64,000 nucleotides of DNA from Candidatus Bathyarchaeota archaeon (GTDB lineage: Archaea > Thermoproteota > Bathyarchaeia > Bathyarchaeales > Bathycorpusculaceae). The notes under the pieces are model-generated. The model saw only the letters and a list, made by a program, of their open reading frames with translations, was not told the DNA's origin and made no database searches. Below, in pieces: positions 9,404 through 18,637 of this stretch. A program made the position numbers and the translations under genes. Each line of letters opens with the position of its first letter. Within the stretch, counting starts at the first letter, position 1. The DNA lies in the NCBI GenBank assembly GCA_963782525.1, contig CAWAKC010000001.1:64001-128000 (forward strand), given 5' to 3'.

Positions 9404-10104
9404 AGAGAAGGATAGCTACCTTTGCTGTACTTCTAGTAATCTTGATGCTGGTTGGAACAGAAGTAATTGGTGTTGTTATTGCTAATCCTATGGTCCCAAA
9501 AAATTCAGATAGCGGTTTTGAGAAACCAGCTATAATAATAAAAAGTCCACTAAACAATGAGGCGCTAAATAACACTAGCAATCTGTACCTTAACTTTGTT
9601 GTTAACTATCCCCCATCATGGAAAAAGATACAGATTGATAATTATACTCTAGGGCATGTAGATTCATTAGATGTATGTATTGATGGAGTAGTAAGCGACC
9701 ACTTTGTTAATAGCTATAGCTGCACTGATTCTAATTACAACTTTACAGATTTCTGCGTTAACTTAAAGACTTTAGACCCCGGCTCTCATCTAGCTAATGT
9801 TACAGTCTACACTCACTCATATTCCCTGGGATATATTGCGGGGATTAGCGACACTTCTTTTCCTCCCTTAGACACCTCTTTTGGGACTATGTATGGCTTC
9901 CCCATAACTGTCTTTGAGACAGTAAATTTTACTCTAAATGAACAGATTCTACCAAGCCCAACATTAGCCCAAAGTATACCTACAATTAACACAGGTGACA
10001 CATTGCCCGTTGAGTTGAATCCCTCCATACTGGCTATCGCAATAGTAATAGTGGCTGTTGCTTCAACCTCACTAGTTTACTTTAGAAGAAGAGGGAAGCC
10101 ATGA
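9400..10104 (+). CDS. Array surface protein
   Basis: ATGA overlap; ANP; KSPLNN, PGSHLANVTV; PTINTGDTLPVELNP linker; TM. Confidence 0.9.
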   Translation: MKRRIATFAVLLVILMLVGTEVIGVVIANPMVPKNSDSGFEKPAIIIKSPLNNEALNNTSNLYLNFVVNYPPSWKKIQIDNYTLGHVDSLDVCIDGVVSDHFVNSYSCTDSNYNFTDFCVNLKTLDPGSHLANVTVYTHSYSLGYIAGISDTSFPPLDTSFGTMYGFPITVFETVNFTLNEQILPSPTLAQSIPTINTGDTLPVELNPSILAIAIVIVAVASTSLVYFRRRGKP

Positions 10105-10781
10105 AGAGAAGCTATGCTGTATTTGCTGCAGTATTTGCTGTTTCAATATTGATTGTGGTGCAAACAATTGAGGCAGCAAAGGCCAATCCTGTTCCTTGGC
10201 CTTCTGCACCAATCTTCGATAAGCCTACTATAACAGTGCAGACTCCGCAAAACAATACAGTGTTTGCTTACAACGCCACCGATGTTTGGCTCAACTTCAC
10301 AATAGCAAAGCCTGACTCGTGGACGATACAGCATTTGGTTACAATTCCGATGGTGAAAGAAGAATCAGTGGAAGCCCAGTTGGATGGAAACGCAGTTTAT
10401 CGTGGATGGTCCCGAGAAAAGGTCGCCGTCAAACTGGATTTAAATCAGTCAGCCCCAGGGCTACATACGTTGAATGTAACTATCCTTATGAACAGTTATT
10501 ATAGGGGGGCAGCATACAACGGCTCCCATATTGTCTCCGATATCTATAGTAGTAGCGGTCCAGTCTACCAGTATCCCTGGGCTACCTCCCAAATAGTTTA
10601 CTTTGCAGTTGAGCAACCAACCCCAACCCAGACCTCACCTACAAATTCGGGTTCAATGTTGCCGGTTGAGTTGAATCCCGCAATCCCCTATATCATCTTA
10701 GCAGTTGTCATCGCTATAGTAGCTGTTGCTTCTATTTCATTGATTTACTATAAGAGAAAGAGAGGGAAATATGAGACTTAG
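10101..10781 (+). CDS. Array surface protein (ANPVPW subfamily)
   Basis: ATGA overlap; ANPVPW; VEQPTPTQ + LPVELNP hybrid linker; TM. Confidence 0.9.
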   Translation: MKRSYAVFAAVFAVSILIVVQTIEAAKANPVPWPSAPIFDKPTITVQTPQNNTVFAYNATDVWLNFTIAKPDSWTIQHLVTIPMVKEESVEAQLDGNAVYRGWSREKVAVKLDLNQSAPGLHTLNVTILMNSYYRGAAYNGSHIVSDIYSSSGPVYQYPWATSQIVYFAVEQPTPTQTSPTNSGSMLPVELNPAIPYIILAVVIAIVAVASISLIYYKRKRGKYET

Positions 10782-11328
10782 ATTAATGCTAACAGCATTA
10801 TCTCTTTGTTTGTTGGTTTGTTGTTTTACTATTGTTGAAGTGGGAGATGCTAACCCCTATAGTTACCCTTCATTATGGATAGAATCACCTAAAAACACAA
10901 TTTACAATACAACAGATGTCAAAATAGCATTCCACACAGACACACCAATTAGATACCCAGAAATTGTTAAAATGTCTTACAGTCTTGATGGTACAGCCAA
11001 CACAACACTAAGCATCTCAAAGACGCAGACCTTCCAGTTTGGAAGTTTTAGCGCTAGCTCACGCATTTCATACGTAGGAACAGGACTTTTAACGGATCTC
11101 AGCAATGGCACTCATTCACTTGACGTGTATGCACTTGATTCTAAAGGCACAACAATGACCTATCCCACAGGAAGAACTTTTCAGGTAAATATTACCCCTA
11201 AAAATGAACAGCCTCTACCAATAAGCAACATAACAATCATTCTAGTGATAACTATAACTGCTGTGACAATAAGCTCAGTTTTAACCGTCACACTTCTTAA
11301 TAGAAAAATGAAGAGAGCCAACAAGTAA
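10771..11328 (+). CDS. Array surface protein (RLRLMLTALSLC signal type)
   Basis: IESPKNTIY, YSLDG, NGTHSLDVYA; TM + basic tail. Confidence 0.9.
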   Translation: MRLRLMLTALSLCLLVCCFTIVEVGDANPYSYPSLWIESPKNTIYNTTDVKIAFHTDTPIRYPEIVKMSYSLDGTANTTLSISKTQTFQFGSFSASSRISYVGTGLLTDLSNGTHSLDVYALDSKGTTMTYPTGRTFQVNITPKNEQPLPISNITIILVITITAVTISSVLTVTLLNRKMKRANK

Positions 11329-11374
11329 GCAAAGTTCTCTCTAATTTGGTAGTGTTACTAATCATCGAGAAGCC

Positions 11375-11485
11375 TTGCTTATCTTAGAAAAGCAGGTTTA
11401 ACAAAAAGCACTTAAGCAAACCTATTCTGATAGCATAATAGGGAATTAGATGCCAAAGAAACTCTTGGCAACAACAATCATCCTT
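11375..11485 (+). repeat. Intergenic repeat B copy 3 (diverged)
   Basis: CACTTAAGCAAAC core and ATGCCAAAGAAACTCTTGGCAACAACAATCATC start. Confidence 0.75.
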
Positions 11486-12319
11486 TTGATAGCAATTACT
11501 ATGTTACCCTTAACTCCTGTCGCACGAGGAAATTTTATTCCTCCTACAAGTCCTGAAATTATAATTCTTGAACCAAAACGTCAGAACGTTATAATCTACG
11601 AAGACACGCCTATTCCCATAATAGTAACTATAACGGAGCCAGAAAACGTTTCACACTACCACCAAATCACTAACATCACCTATAGCATAGACGGAAAACC
11701 AGAAGTGGAAATTACCAACATAACAAAGAAGACCAATCAGGCATATTTTAGCGGAAAAACAGCCACTGATTATCTTGCATACGCTACCATAGACACCGTT
11801 GAAAGAGGCAGCCATATCTTATCGGTTTATGCCCTCGATGATGCTGGAAACCGTTTGCCAACAAAAACAGGATTTGCATACCAAAGCATTGACAAATATC
11901 CAAACGTCACCATTTTTTCTCCCTTAAATACGACCTATTTTAACACAACCAAATTGACCCTAAATTACACGGCTGATAACTTCATAATGGCATCTTATTC
12001 TTTGGATGGTGTAGACAATGTTTTTTATGACGCCCAAAATGGAACTGTGCACTCACGCTCAGGACTAAACAACGGAGAGCATACAATTCTGCTACGTGTA
12101 TCTACTGAATTTGGATGGTTCTCACAAACAATCAAATTTGCGGTATATGGAGCAGATTTCCAGGCACATTATCAGAATCTACCACTGATACCTTCTAGAG
12201 AAACTTCCGATAGAAGCCCAGTCCCGATTGTTTTGATTATCGTGGTTGCGGTTGTGGTTTTTTCAATTGGGGGTTTGCTGGTTTTCCTTAGGAGGAAGGG
12301 AATTAATGAGGCAAAGTAG
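11450..12319 (+). CDS. Array surface protein, two Ig-like domains (MPKKLLA type)
   Basis: Paralog of the 8558 gene; YSIDG and YSLDG; TM + RRKG. Confidence 0.9.
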   Translation: MPKKLLATTIILLIAITMLPLTPVARGNFIPPTSPEIIILEPKRQNVIIYEDTPIPIIVTITEPENVSHYHQITNITYSIDGKPEVEITNITKKTNQAYFSGKTATDYLAYATIDTVERGSHILSVYALDDAGNRLPTKTGFAYQSIDKYPNVTIFSPLNTTYFNTTKLTLNYTADNFIMASYSLDGVDNVFYDAQNGTVHSRSGLNNGEHTILLRVSTEFGWFSQTIKFAVYGADFQAHYQNLPLIPSRETSDRSPVPIVLIIVVAVVVFSIGGLLVFLRRKGINEAK

Positions 12320-13223
12320 TGCTCTTTTTGCCGCGGTATTTCTGGTCTCAATGTTGATTGGGATACAAGCAGTTGAGGTAGTAGATGCTAATCCTTACAT
12401 GTTCCTGCAATTTACAAGAATAAAGATTCATTCGCCTCAATCCCATGTCTATGTTTGTCCTAACGTAGACTTATCTTTTGACTATTACACAGAAACTAAT
12501 TCGCCCAAAGTTGATTCTTTCTCATATAGCTTAGATGGCAAAGCTAACTCTACATTGGTTAGTAGCAAATCAAGTATTCTTCATTTTATCAAGTATTCTG
12601 TCTTTAAGACTTTAGAAAACTTATCCAACGATAATCATAAGCTAATAGTTTATGCTCATTTTTCTAACAATACAGTATTTTCAATTTTGGACCAAAAAAT
12701 AGTTGTAGACACAGCATACATTCAACCCACTCCCTTTATGATTTCTCCTTTAAACCAAACAACGTATAATGCTAGAGAAATAGATGTAGCTTATACAATA
12801 GATGCAAAAATATTCTATTATAGGTATGACTTAGATAACAGATATAACAAATATTATGATTCTTCTAAATCAATAAGTGTTAATGATAGTGCAACCTTAA
12901 CTAACGTAGGTCTTGTGGGCAACACAACGTTAATTAACCTCTCTGACGGTTCCCACAAGCTAAAATTAATTTTGACAATACAGCCCTATGAACGCTATTA
13001 CTCTGAAACATGTTTTGTAACAGTCTACTTTAATGTGGATTCAGATGAGCCAAGTCCAAGTCTAACCCCAAATACTACTGCCTTGATGCCCACTGTAAAT
13101 AGTGGTCCATATGTAGATTTGGCTATGAGTTATTTTCCATATATCGTTGGATTGGTTGCTGTTGTAATTGTACTCATTGTGGGCTTATTGGTTTACTTTA
13201 AGAGGAGAAAGGGGAAGCCATGA
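12306..13223 (+). CDS. Array surface protein, two Ig-like domains
   Basis: Start reassigned to ATG 12306 (MRQSSALF...GIQAVEVVDANP); TM + YFKRRKGKP. Confidence 0.88.
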   Translation: MRQSSALFAAVFLVSMLIGIQAVEVVDANPYMFLQFTRIKIHSPQSHVYVCPNVDLSFDYYTETNSPKVDSFSYSLDGKANSTLVSSKSSILHFIKYSVFKTLENLSNDNHKLIVYAHFSNNTVFSILDQKIVVDTAYIQPTPFMISPLNQTTYNAREIDVAYTIDAKIFYYRYDLDNRYNKYYDSSKSISVNDSATLTNVGLVGNTTLINLSDGSHKLKLILTIQPYERYYSETCFVTVYFNVDSDEPSPSLTPNTTALMPTVNSGPYVDLAMSYFPYIVGLVAVVIVLIVGLLVYFKRRKGKP

Positions 13224-13972
13224 ACCGAAAATATGCTGAATTTGCTTCAGTGTTATTGGTCTTTTTTGTTATTAGTGAATTTGGCAGCTTTTTTGCTGCT
13301 GCAAACTGGGCGCCCATCTATGCTAACGTAGAAATCTCACCTCAGAGCGTTGGGGCAACACCGCCAACTATCACCTTTCTATCTCCCGAAAATGACCGAA
13401 CATATGGAAGAAACCTAACGTTGCACTGCAACATAAGCGTTGGAACCGTTTCCCACCAAAACATGTCTTGCGGCATAGAAAACCTCTACTATCAAGCAGA
13501 CTGGGAAACTCAACCGACAAAGGTCATACGGCTGCAGTTAAGCAAGGACGGTTATGAGTGGGATACGATAATAACAGGCACCGTAAACTCTGACTTTACC
13601 GAATACTCAAACAACCTAACAGCCCCCACTGAAGGAAAACATAGCATAACCTTCTGGGCAGCTGAAAAAGGAAGCTACCAAGTGGACATTGGAAAACAAT
13701 TCCCCGCAGAGAGAATAAACGTCTACACCTTCCATATCAACAGTTCCCAAACAGTAGCTTTCACCGTGAGCAACTCTCCACCAGTTGAGCAACCAACCCC
13801 AACCCAAAACTCAAACGCTACTGAGTCCGATTATTTGCTGAATCAAACAAATCTTATTTTGATAGCTATTGTGATTGTAATATTGGCTGTTGCTTCAATC
13901 TCGTTGGTTTACTTTAAGAGAAGAAAGGGCAAGCTGACAAGTAAGCCAGCCATAGTAAGAGAACCCAAGTAA
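13220..13972 (+). CDS. Array surface protein (core like 7576, tail identical to 5392)
   Basis: ATGA overlap; YQADW, EGKHSITFWA, YTFHINSSQTV. Confidence 0.9.
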   Translation: MNRKYAEFASVLLVFFVISEFGSFFAAANWAPIYANVEISPQSVGATPPTITFLSPENDRTYGRNLTLHCNISVGTVSHQNMSCGIENLYYQADWETQPTKVIRLQLSKDGYEWDTIITGTVNSDFTEYSNNLTAPTEGKHSITFWAAEKGSYQVDIGKQFPAERINVYTFHINSSQTVAFTVSNSPPVEQPTPTQNSNATESDYLLNQTNLILIAIVIVILAVASISLVYFKRRKGKLTSKPAIVREPK

Positions 13973-14054
13973 GCAAACCCTACTTCTATTAGCCCATAAC
14001 ACTAACGGCTCCGCTTAACGTAAGGAATGTAAAACTTCATAAGGCAACAGCAAC
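13841..14054 (+). repeat. 214-bp direct repeat copy 2 (includes repeat A copy 4)
   Basis: Reads identical by eye to 6028-6241. Confidence 0.92.
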
Positions 14055-14222
14055 TGAACTTGATTTGATTCTTGCTATAACTACGAATTATTTAACGCGT
14101 TGTTGAAATTGCTATCGCTAAAGGCAGGAAAAAAACGCTCCAGCATTGCTCAAAATTGTTTCTATGTGCAAACAAGCAATCTGTCGACATGTTCAAATAT
14201 GGTGAGTTATCGTGTGTTTCAT

Positions 14223-15542
14223 ATGAGAAAGGGCAACGCAGCAGTAATCATTTCTGTAATTATGATGAGCGTAACATTTTTTGCAGAAGAAACTTTGGTA
14301 ACGGCTAACCTGAATCCACCAGCAATCGAATGGAGCAAGAGCTATTCCTACGGCACGTACAGTGGAATCTACGCTATGATTCCAACAGCGGACGGCGGCT
14401 TCGCTTTGGGTGGCACTGTAACTCAGTTGGGTACGCCTGGAGCGACTACCAGCGATATGTGGCTGCTCAAGGTTAACTCCCAAGGCGATAAGCTGTGGGA
14501 ACAAGGCTTAAGCAGTGCATATCTCAATTTGGGGGGAATCGTCTCCCTTGTTCAAGCCGATGATGGTGGATACGTCTTAGCAGGCGAATCAGTGTTCGGC
14601 AGCTCGCATCTTGTCAAGACCGATTCGTCAGGTAATGTAGTTTGGACTCGGGCCTACGATAACATAGCTTTACAGACCGTCATAAAATGTCGAGATAATG
14701 GATATGCAGTCGCTGGCACAATTAACAATGGCAACTCAGACTTCTGGCTGGCTAAAATTACAGAATCCGGCGCAATGCAATGGAATCAAACTTACGGAGG
14801 CATAAACATTGACTTGTGCAACTCACTAATTCAAACTAGTGACGGTGGCTTTGCGCTTGCAGGTTCAACCTCTAGCTTTGGTTTAGGAAATGCAGACATG
14901 TGGCTAATCAAAACTGATAGTTACGGTTCAATGGTTTGGAACCAAACATATGGCACTCAAGAGAACGATGCTGCAGATTGTGTGATTCAAACCACTGATA
15001 ATAATTACGTGTTATCAGGATACACGATGCACACCTCAGGAAACAATTTTGAATCTTTTGCATTGTCTATGATTAAAACTGATTCCTCTGGTAAGGTTCT
15101 TTGGAGCAAAACCTACAGCCAACACATCGATACCACGTATTTATCTGTAATCAAGACGAAGGATAGCGGGTATGCTCTAGCAAGCGATTTTGGGATTATA
15201 AAAACCGATTCGTCGGGGGCAATTCAGTGGAGCCTACCCTATGGAGGGACGTATTCCCTAATTCAAATCGACAACGCCTACATCCTCGCTGGCACCACTT
15301 CTGGTTCGTCAGCAGCAAGCGGCTGGATAGCGAGCACAACTGAAACACAGACTATAGTTTCTCCGAGCACTCAGCCTGCCACATCCTCAAGTCCAACCTC
15401 TGCAGTGACACCGACAACACCTATAACTGGGCTATTATTCTATCAAGAAACCATGATAGCGGTTGCTTCTATGATCATAATAATAGCCGTTGCTTTTGTC
15501 ATATTCGTTTATTACAAGAGGCGTAAGTCTAATGCCGCTTAG
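14223..15542 (+). CDS. Membrane-anchored beta-propeller repeat surface protein
   Basis: Repeated DGG(F/Y)xLAG...WLxKxDSxG...WxxTYG blades; signal peptide-ANL; TM + KRRKSNAA; start reassigned to 14223. Confidence 0.88.
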   Translation: MRKGNAAVIISVIMMSVTFFAEETLVTANLNPPAIEWSKSYSYGTYSGIYAMIPTADGGFALGGTVTQLGTPGATTSDMWLLKVNSQGDKLWEQGLSSAYLNLGGIVSLVQADDGGYVLAGESVFGSSHLVKTDSSGNVVWTRAYDNIALQTVIKCRDNGYAVAGTINNGNSDFWLAKITESGAMQWNQTYGGINIDLCNSLIQTSDGGFALAGSTSSFGLGNADMWLIKTDSYGSMVWNQTYGTQENDAADCVIQTTDNNYVLSGYTMHTSGNNFESFALSMIKTDSSGKVLWSKTYSQHIDTTYLSVIKTKDSGYALASDFGIIKTDSSGAIQWSLPYGGTYSLIQIDNAYILAGTTSGSSAASGWIASTTETQTIVSPSTQPATSSSPTSAVTPTTPITGLLFYQETMIAVASMIIIIAVAFVIFVYYKRRKSNAA

Positions 15543-15547
15543 CCAAA

Positions 15548-15600
15548 AAATGTAAAACTTCATAAGGCAACAGCAACCAATAGCGATTGGTGGATATATG
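15548..15600 (+). repeat. Intergenic repeat A copy 5 (directly abutting upstream stop)
   Basis: TAGCCAAA-AAATGTAAAACTTCATAAGGCAACAGCAACCAATAGCGATTGGTGGATATATG. Confidence 0.9.
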
Positions 15601-16455
15601 CGCAGTTTATTGTCGCTGCTGACAATTCTGGTCCTACTCGGGGCAACTGCAGGCATGTTTTTACCCGTTAATGCTAACCCGAATCTAATTTTAGATCCAG
15701 TTCCAAGTGCGCCGGCTCCAGCGGGCGTCCAAATCATCTTTGACATGGAGGCCCCAAAAGAAAACGCAACATACGTCAACGGAACAGTTAACGTGGTCTT
15801 CAACGTAACAGTTGACGGACCAAGTCAAATTAACGGACAACCGCTCAACAAGCACCTTATGTTGACGACCTACCAGGGAGATTGGATGCAAAAAAGTGAA
15901 TGGGCGCCTTCGAGGATTTTCCAAACCTTACAATTCTACCCATATAACTTTAGCATCTTTGGCATACCATTTGGAGAGCATACTCTAAACTTCACGACCC
16001 ATGCACAAGGCAATTTTGTCTTAGCAAATTACTCTGGTCGCGTTTATAATCTGGAAAAAACCATCTCTTGCAAGTTCTTTGTTCTCGCAAATCCCATTAT
16101 TGAATTCTCTTTACCTCAAAACGCCAACTCCACAACCTCGTCTTTTCCCTTGAACTTCACCATTGACCACCCTGTTACAGAAATGTCTTACCGGTTAGAT
16201 GGGCTAGAATCCGTTCCAATCACCGGAAACACCACGTTAACCGACCTACATTATGGTCAACATAATGTTACTGTTTACGCAACCGACGAGTTTGGCTATA
16301 CTGGCAAATCAAACACTCTCCTCTTCAACGTTAACTCTCCAGAGGTTGGAGAATTTTCATTGGTGCCCTCGGTGGTTCCTTTCGCGATTGCCGCCATCGC
16401 GTTAACTGTTGCCGGCTTGTCGGTTTATTTTAAGAGAAGAAGAGGGAAGGTATGA
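15598..16455 (+). CDS. Array surface protein, two Ig-like domains
   Basis: First domain like the 1258 gene (KENATY, TYQGDWM); second YRLDG...GQHNVTVYATD; TM. Confidence 0.9.
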   Translation: MRSLLSLLTILVLLGATAGMFLPVNANPNLILDPVPSAPAPAGVQIIFDMEAPKENATYVNGTVNVVFNVTVDGPSQINGQPLNKHLMLTTYQGDWMQKSEWAPSRIFQTLQFYPYNFSIFGIPFGEHTLNFTTHAQGNFVLANYSGRVYNLEKTISCKFFVLANPIIEFSLPQNANSTTSSFPLNFTIDHPVTEMSYRLDGLESVPITGNTTLTDLHYGQHNVTVYATDEFGYTGKSNTLLFNVNSPEVGEFSLVPSVVPFAIAAIALTVAGLSVYFKRRRGKV

Positions 16456-17057
16456 AGAGTAGGATACCTCTTTTTACCGTGATACTTGCAATCTCATTAT
16501 TGGTTGGAGAATTAAACATTGAAGTAACAAATGCTAACTTTTATCCAATCCCTTCAATATACATCATAGGTTACAATCCAACCTATCCAAATGGCAACAA
16601 CTATACCTTCACTGTGGAAGCGCATATTTCTATGGATGCCCCAGGAATTGTTTCCATCAGCTACAGCTTAGATGATAAAAAGAACATCACCTCTTCTAAC
16701 TTAAAATACACCACTTGGATGAAAGATAATGGACCAAACAATCACCAAATTTACTCCATAACAGAATACCTCTATAACTTAGAGATTGGAAACCACACAA
16801 TCAATGCTTATGCAACGGATTCAACGGGAAAAGTACAATCAACTAATCATCAGTTTACAGTGGACAACTCAAATATCTCTAATTCAATTACTCCAACTAT
16901 AAGCCAAAACCCCCCAACAATTAACACCGGTCCCAAAACGCAAGTTGGGTTAAATCATTCTATAGTCTATATCACACTGGCCCTTGTGATTGTGATAGTT
17001 GCTGTTGCGTCAATCGCATTGGTTTACTTTAAGAGGCATGAGTGTAGAATGCCTTAG
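16452..17057 (+). CDS. Array surface protein
   Basis: ATGA overlap; ANFYP; SISYSLDD, GNHTINAYA; PTINTG linker; TM. Confidence 0.9.
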   Translation: MKSRIPLFTVILAISLLVGELNIEVTNANFYPIPSIYIIGYNPTYPNGNNYTFTVEAHISMDAPGIVSISYSLDDKKNITSSNLKYTTWMKDNGPNNHQIYSITEYLYNLEIGNHTINAYATDSTGKVQSTNHQFTVDNSNISNSITPTISQNPPTINTGPKTQVGLNHSIVYITLALVIVIVAVASIALVYFKRHECRMP

Positions 17058-17101
17058 AAACTATGGTTTGACGAAAAGCACAAAAACCAACCAATAAATA
17101 A

Positions 17102-18541
17102 ATGATCAAGATGACTGACAAATCATTATCGGCATCGCATGCGATATCTGGACAGACAATCCAAGAGGTAGCCGCATTATTTCTTGCTGTTCTTGTAATC
17201 TCGGCAATATTCGCTAATAGCGGATTGGCGAATGCACAGTCAACACAATGGAGCGAGTCATTCTCCTATAGCTATGGCAGCGGAAACTCAATAAACCGAT
17301 GTACCGATGGAAACTATGTGATCGCCGGAGAAAGCAACAGCCAATTTCTTATGGCAAAGGTCACACCATCTGGTGACTTGCTATGGTGGAAGGCCTACCA
17401 GAACGGTAAAGCCAATTGTGTCATAGGCACTTCTGATGGCGGGTATGTCCTAGTAGGGAGTGGCGATGTAAACTTCATCAAGACTGATTCGACAGGCAAC
17501 CTGCAGTGGACTAAAGCGTTTAACAAAAATGGCGTTTCCTTTTAAATCGAAAGCGCCATACAAACATTGGACGACGGATACCTTCTTGCCGGCTACACAC
17601 CCGCAGGAAATACACCCAGTTGGGATTGGACCTTAAAAATTGATTCAAACGGAAATAGCCTTTGGAATAAAACCTATGGAACTCGGTCTGGGCAATCATT
17701 AGCAACAGCTGTTGTTGAGGAATCGGGCGGATACGTTCTTGCTGCCAATAGCCAACTCTACAAATTGGATAACGAAGGGGCAGTACTATGATACCAATCA
17801 ACCGCACTTGCGAGTTCACTTGTAAAGACTGCCGACGAAGGGTACCTCTTAGCTTCTTCTACTGGTTCTATATTGGTTAAATTTGGGTCTGATGGCAACA
17901 TTTCATGGAGTAAAGACTTAGCTTACCCTCCTAACCCCAAGAAGATGCCCACAAGTTCTCCGACTTTTCTCCATTCAGCGATTCAGGCTCAAGACGGTGG
18001 CTATCTAGCTGTTGGAATGGCATTTCCTCTCTATGATGGGGTAGCTTGGATGGTTAAGACTGATTCAGCGGGTAACCAAGTATGGAATTGCGCATCTGAG
18101 GATTATACTGGGCACAACTGCAACATCAACGCAATAGTTGAATCGGCTCCCGGCGAGTACATATTAGCAGGTTCAATCTCCAGCGTAACAAACGGCGCCT
18201 ACAGGGAGGTTTGGATTGCCAAAGTCTCAAACACCATTCCATTGCCATCCAGCATCCCCTCGCCCAACAGCCCTGCAACTACACCGAAACCGGACCAAAC
18301 GACAACGCCGATGCCAACTAGCGGTTTGTCTCCAATACCAAATGTTAATCCAAGCTCCATAGAAAAGACACCCACAAACCCTAAAACAACACCTTCACCA
18401 ACCTCAAATCAAACCGCCGTATCAAATTTCTCATCTAACTCAATAGCACAAGTTGCAATAGCTTCCTTCGCTATTCTAATAGCGATTATTTCGACGTTAT
18501 TGATCTACAGACAGCTTAAGTTAAAGACCACTAAGAAATAA
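17102..18541 (+). pseudogene. Beta-propeller surface protein interrupted by two in-frame stops
   Basis: ORFs 17102, 17567 and 17873 share one frame; TAA 17543-17545 and TGA 17789-17791; same blade repeats as the 14223 gene. Confidence 0.82.
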
Positions 18542-18637
18542 GCAAATCATCATAAGGCGACAACACGCAGCTAAGCCAATTGAACTAAGAAAGCTGACTC
18601 CGCACGCTTTCTTCTGTTACCCTCTGTCTTTTTGTCA

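Noticed and set aside
2311-15600. CRISPR array from repeat A
   Set aside because: Copies are kilobases apart and separated by whole genes; no cas genes
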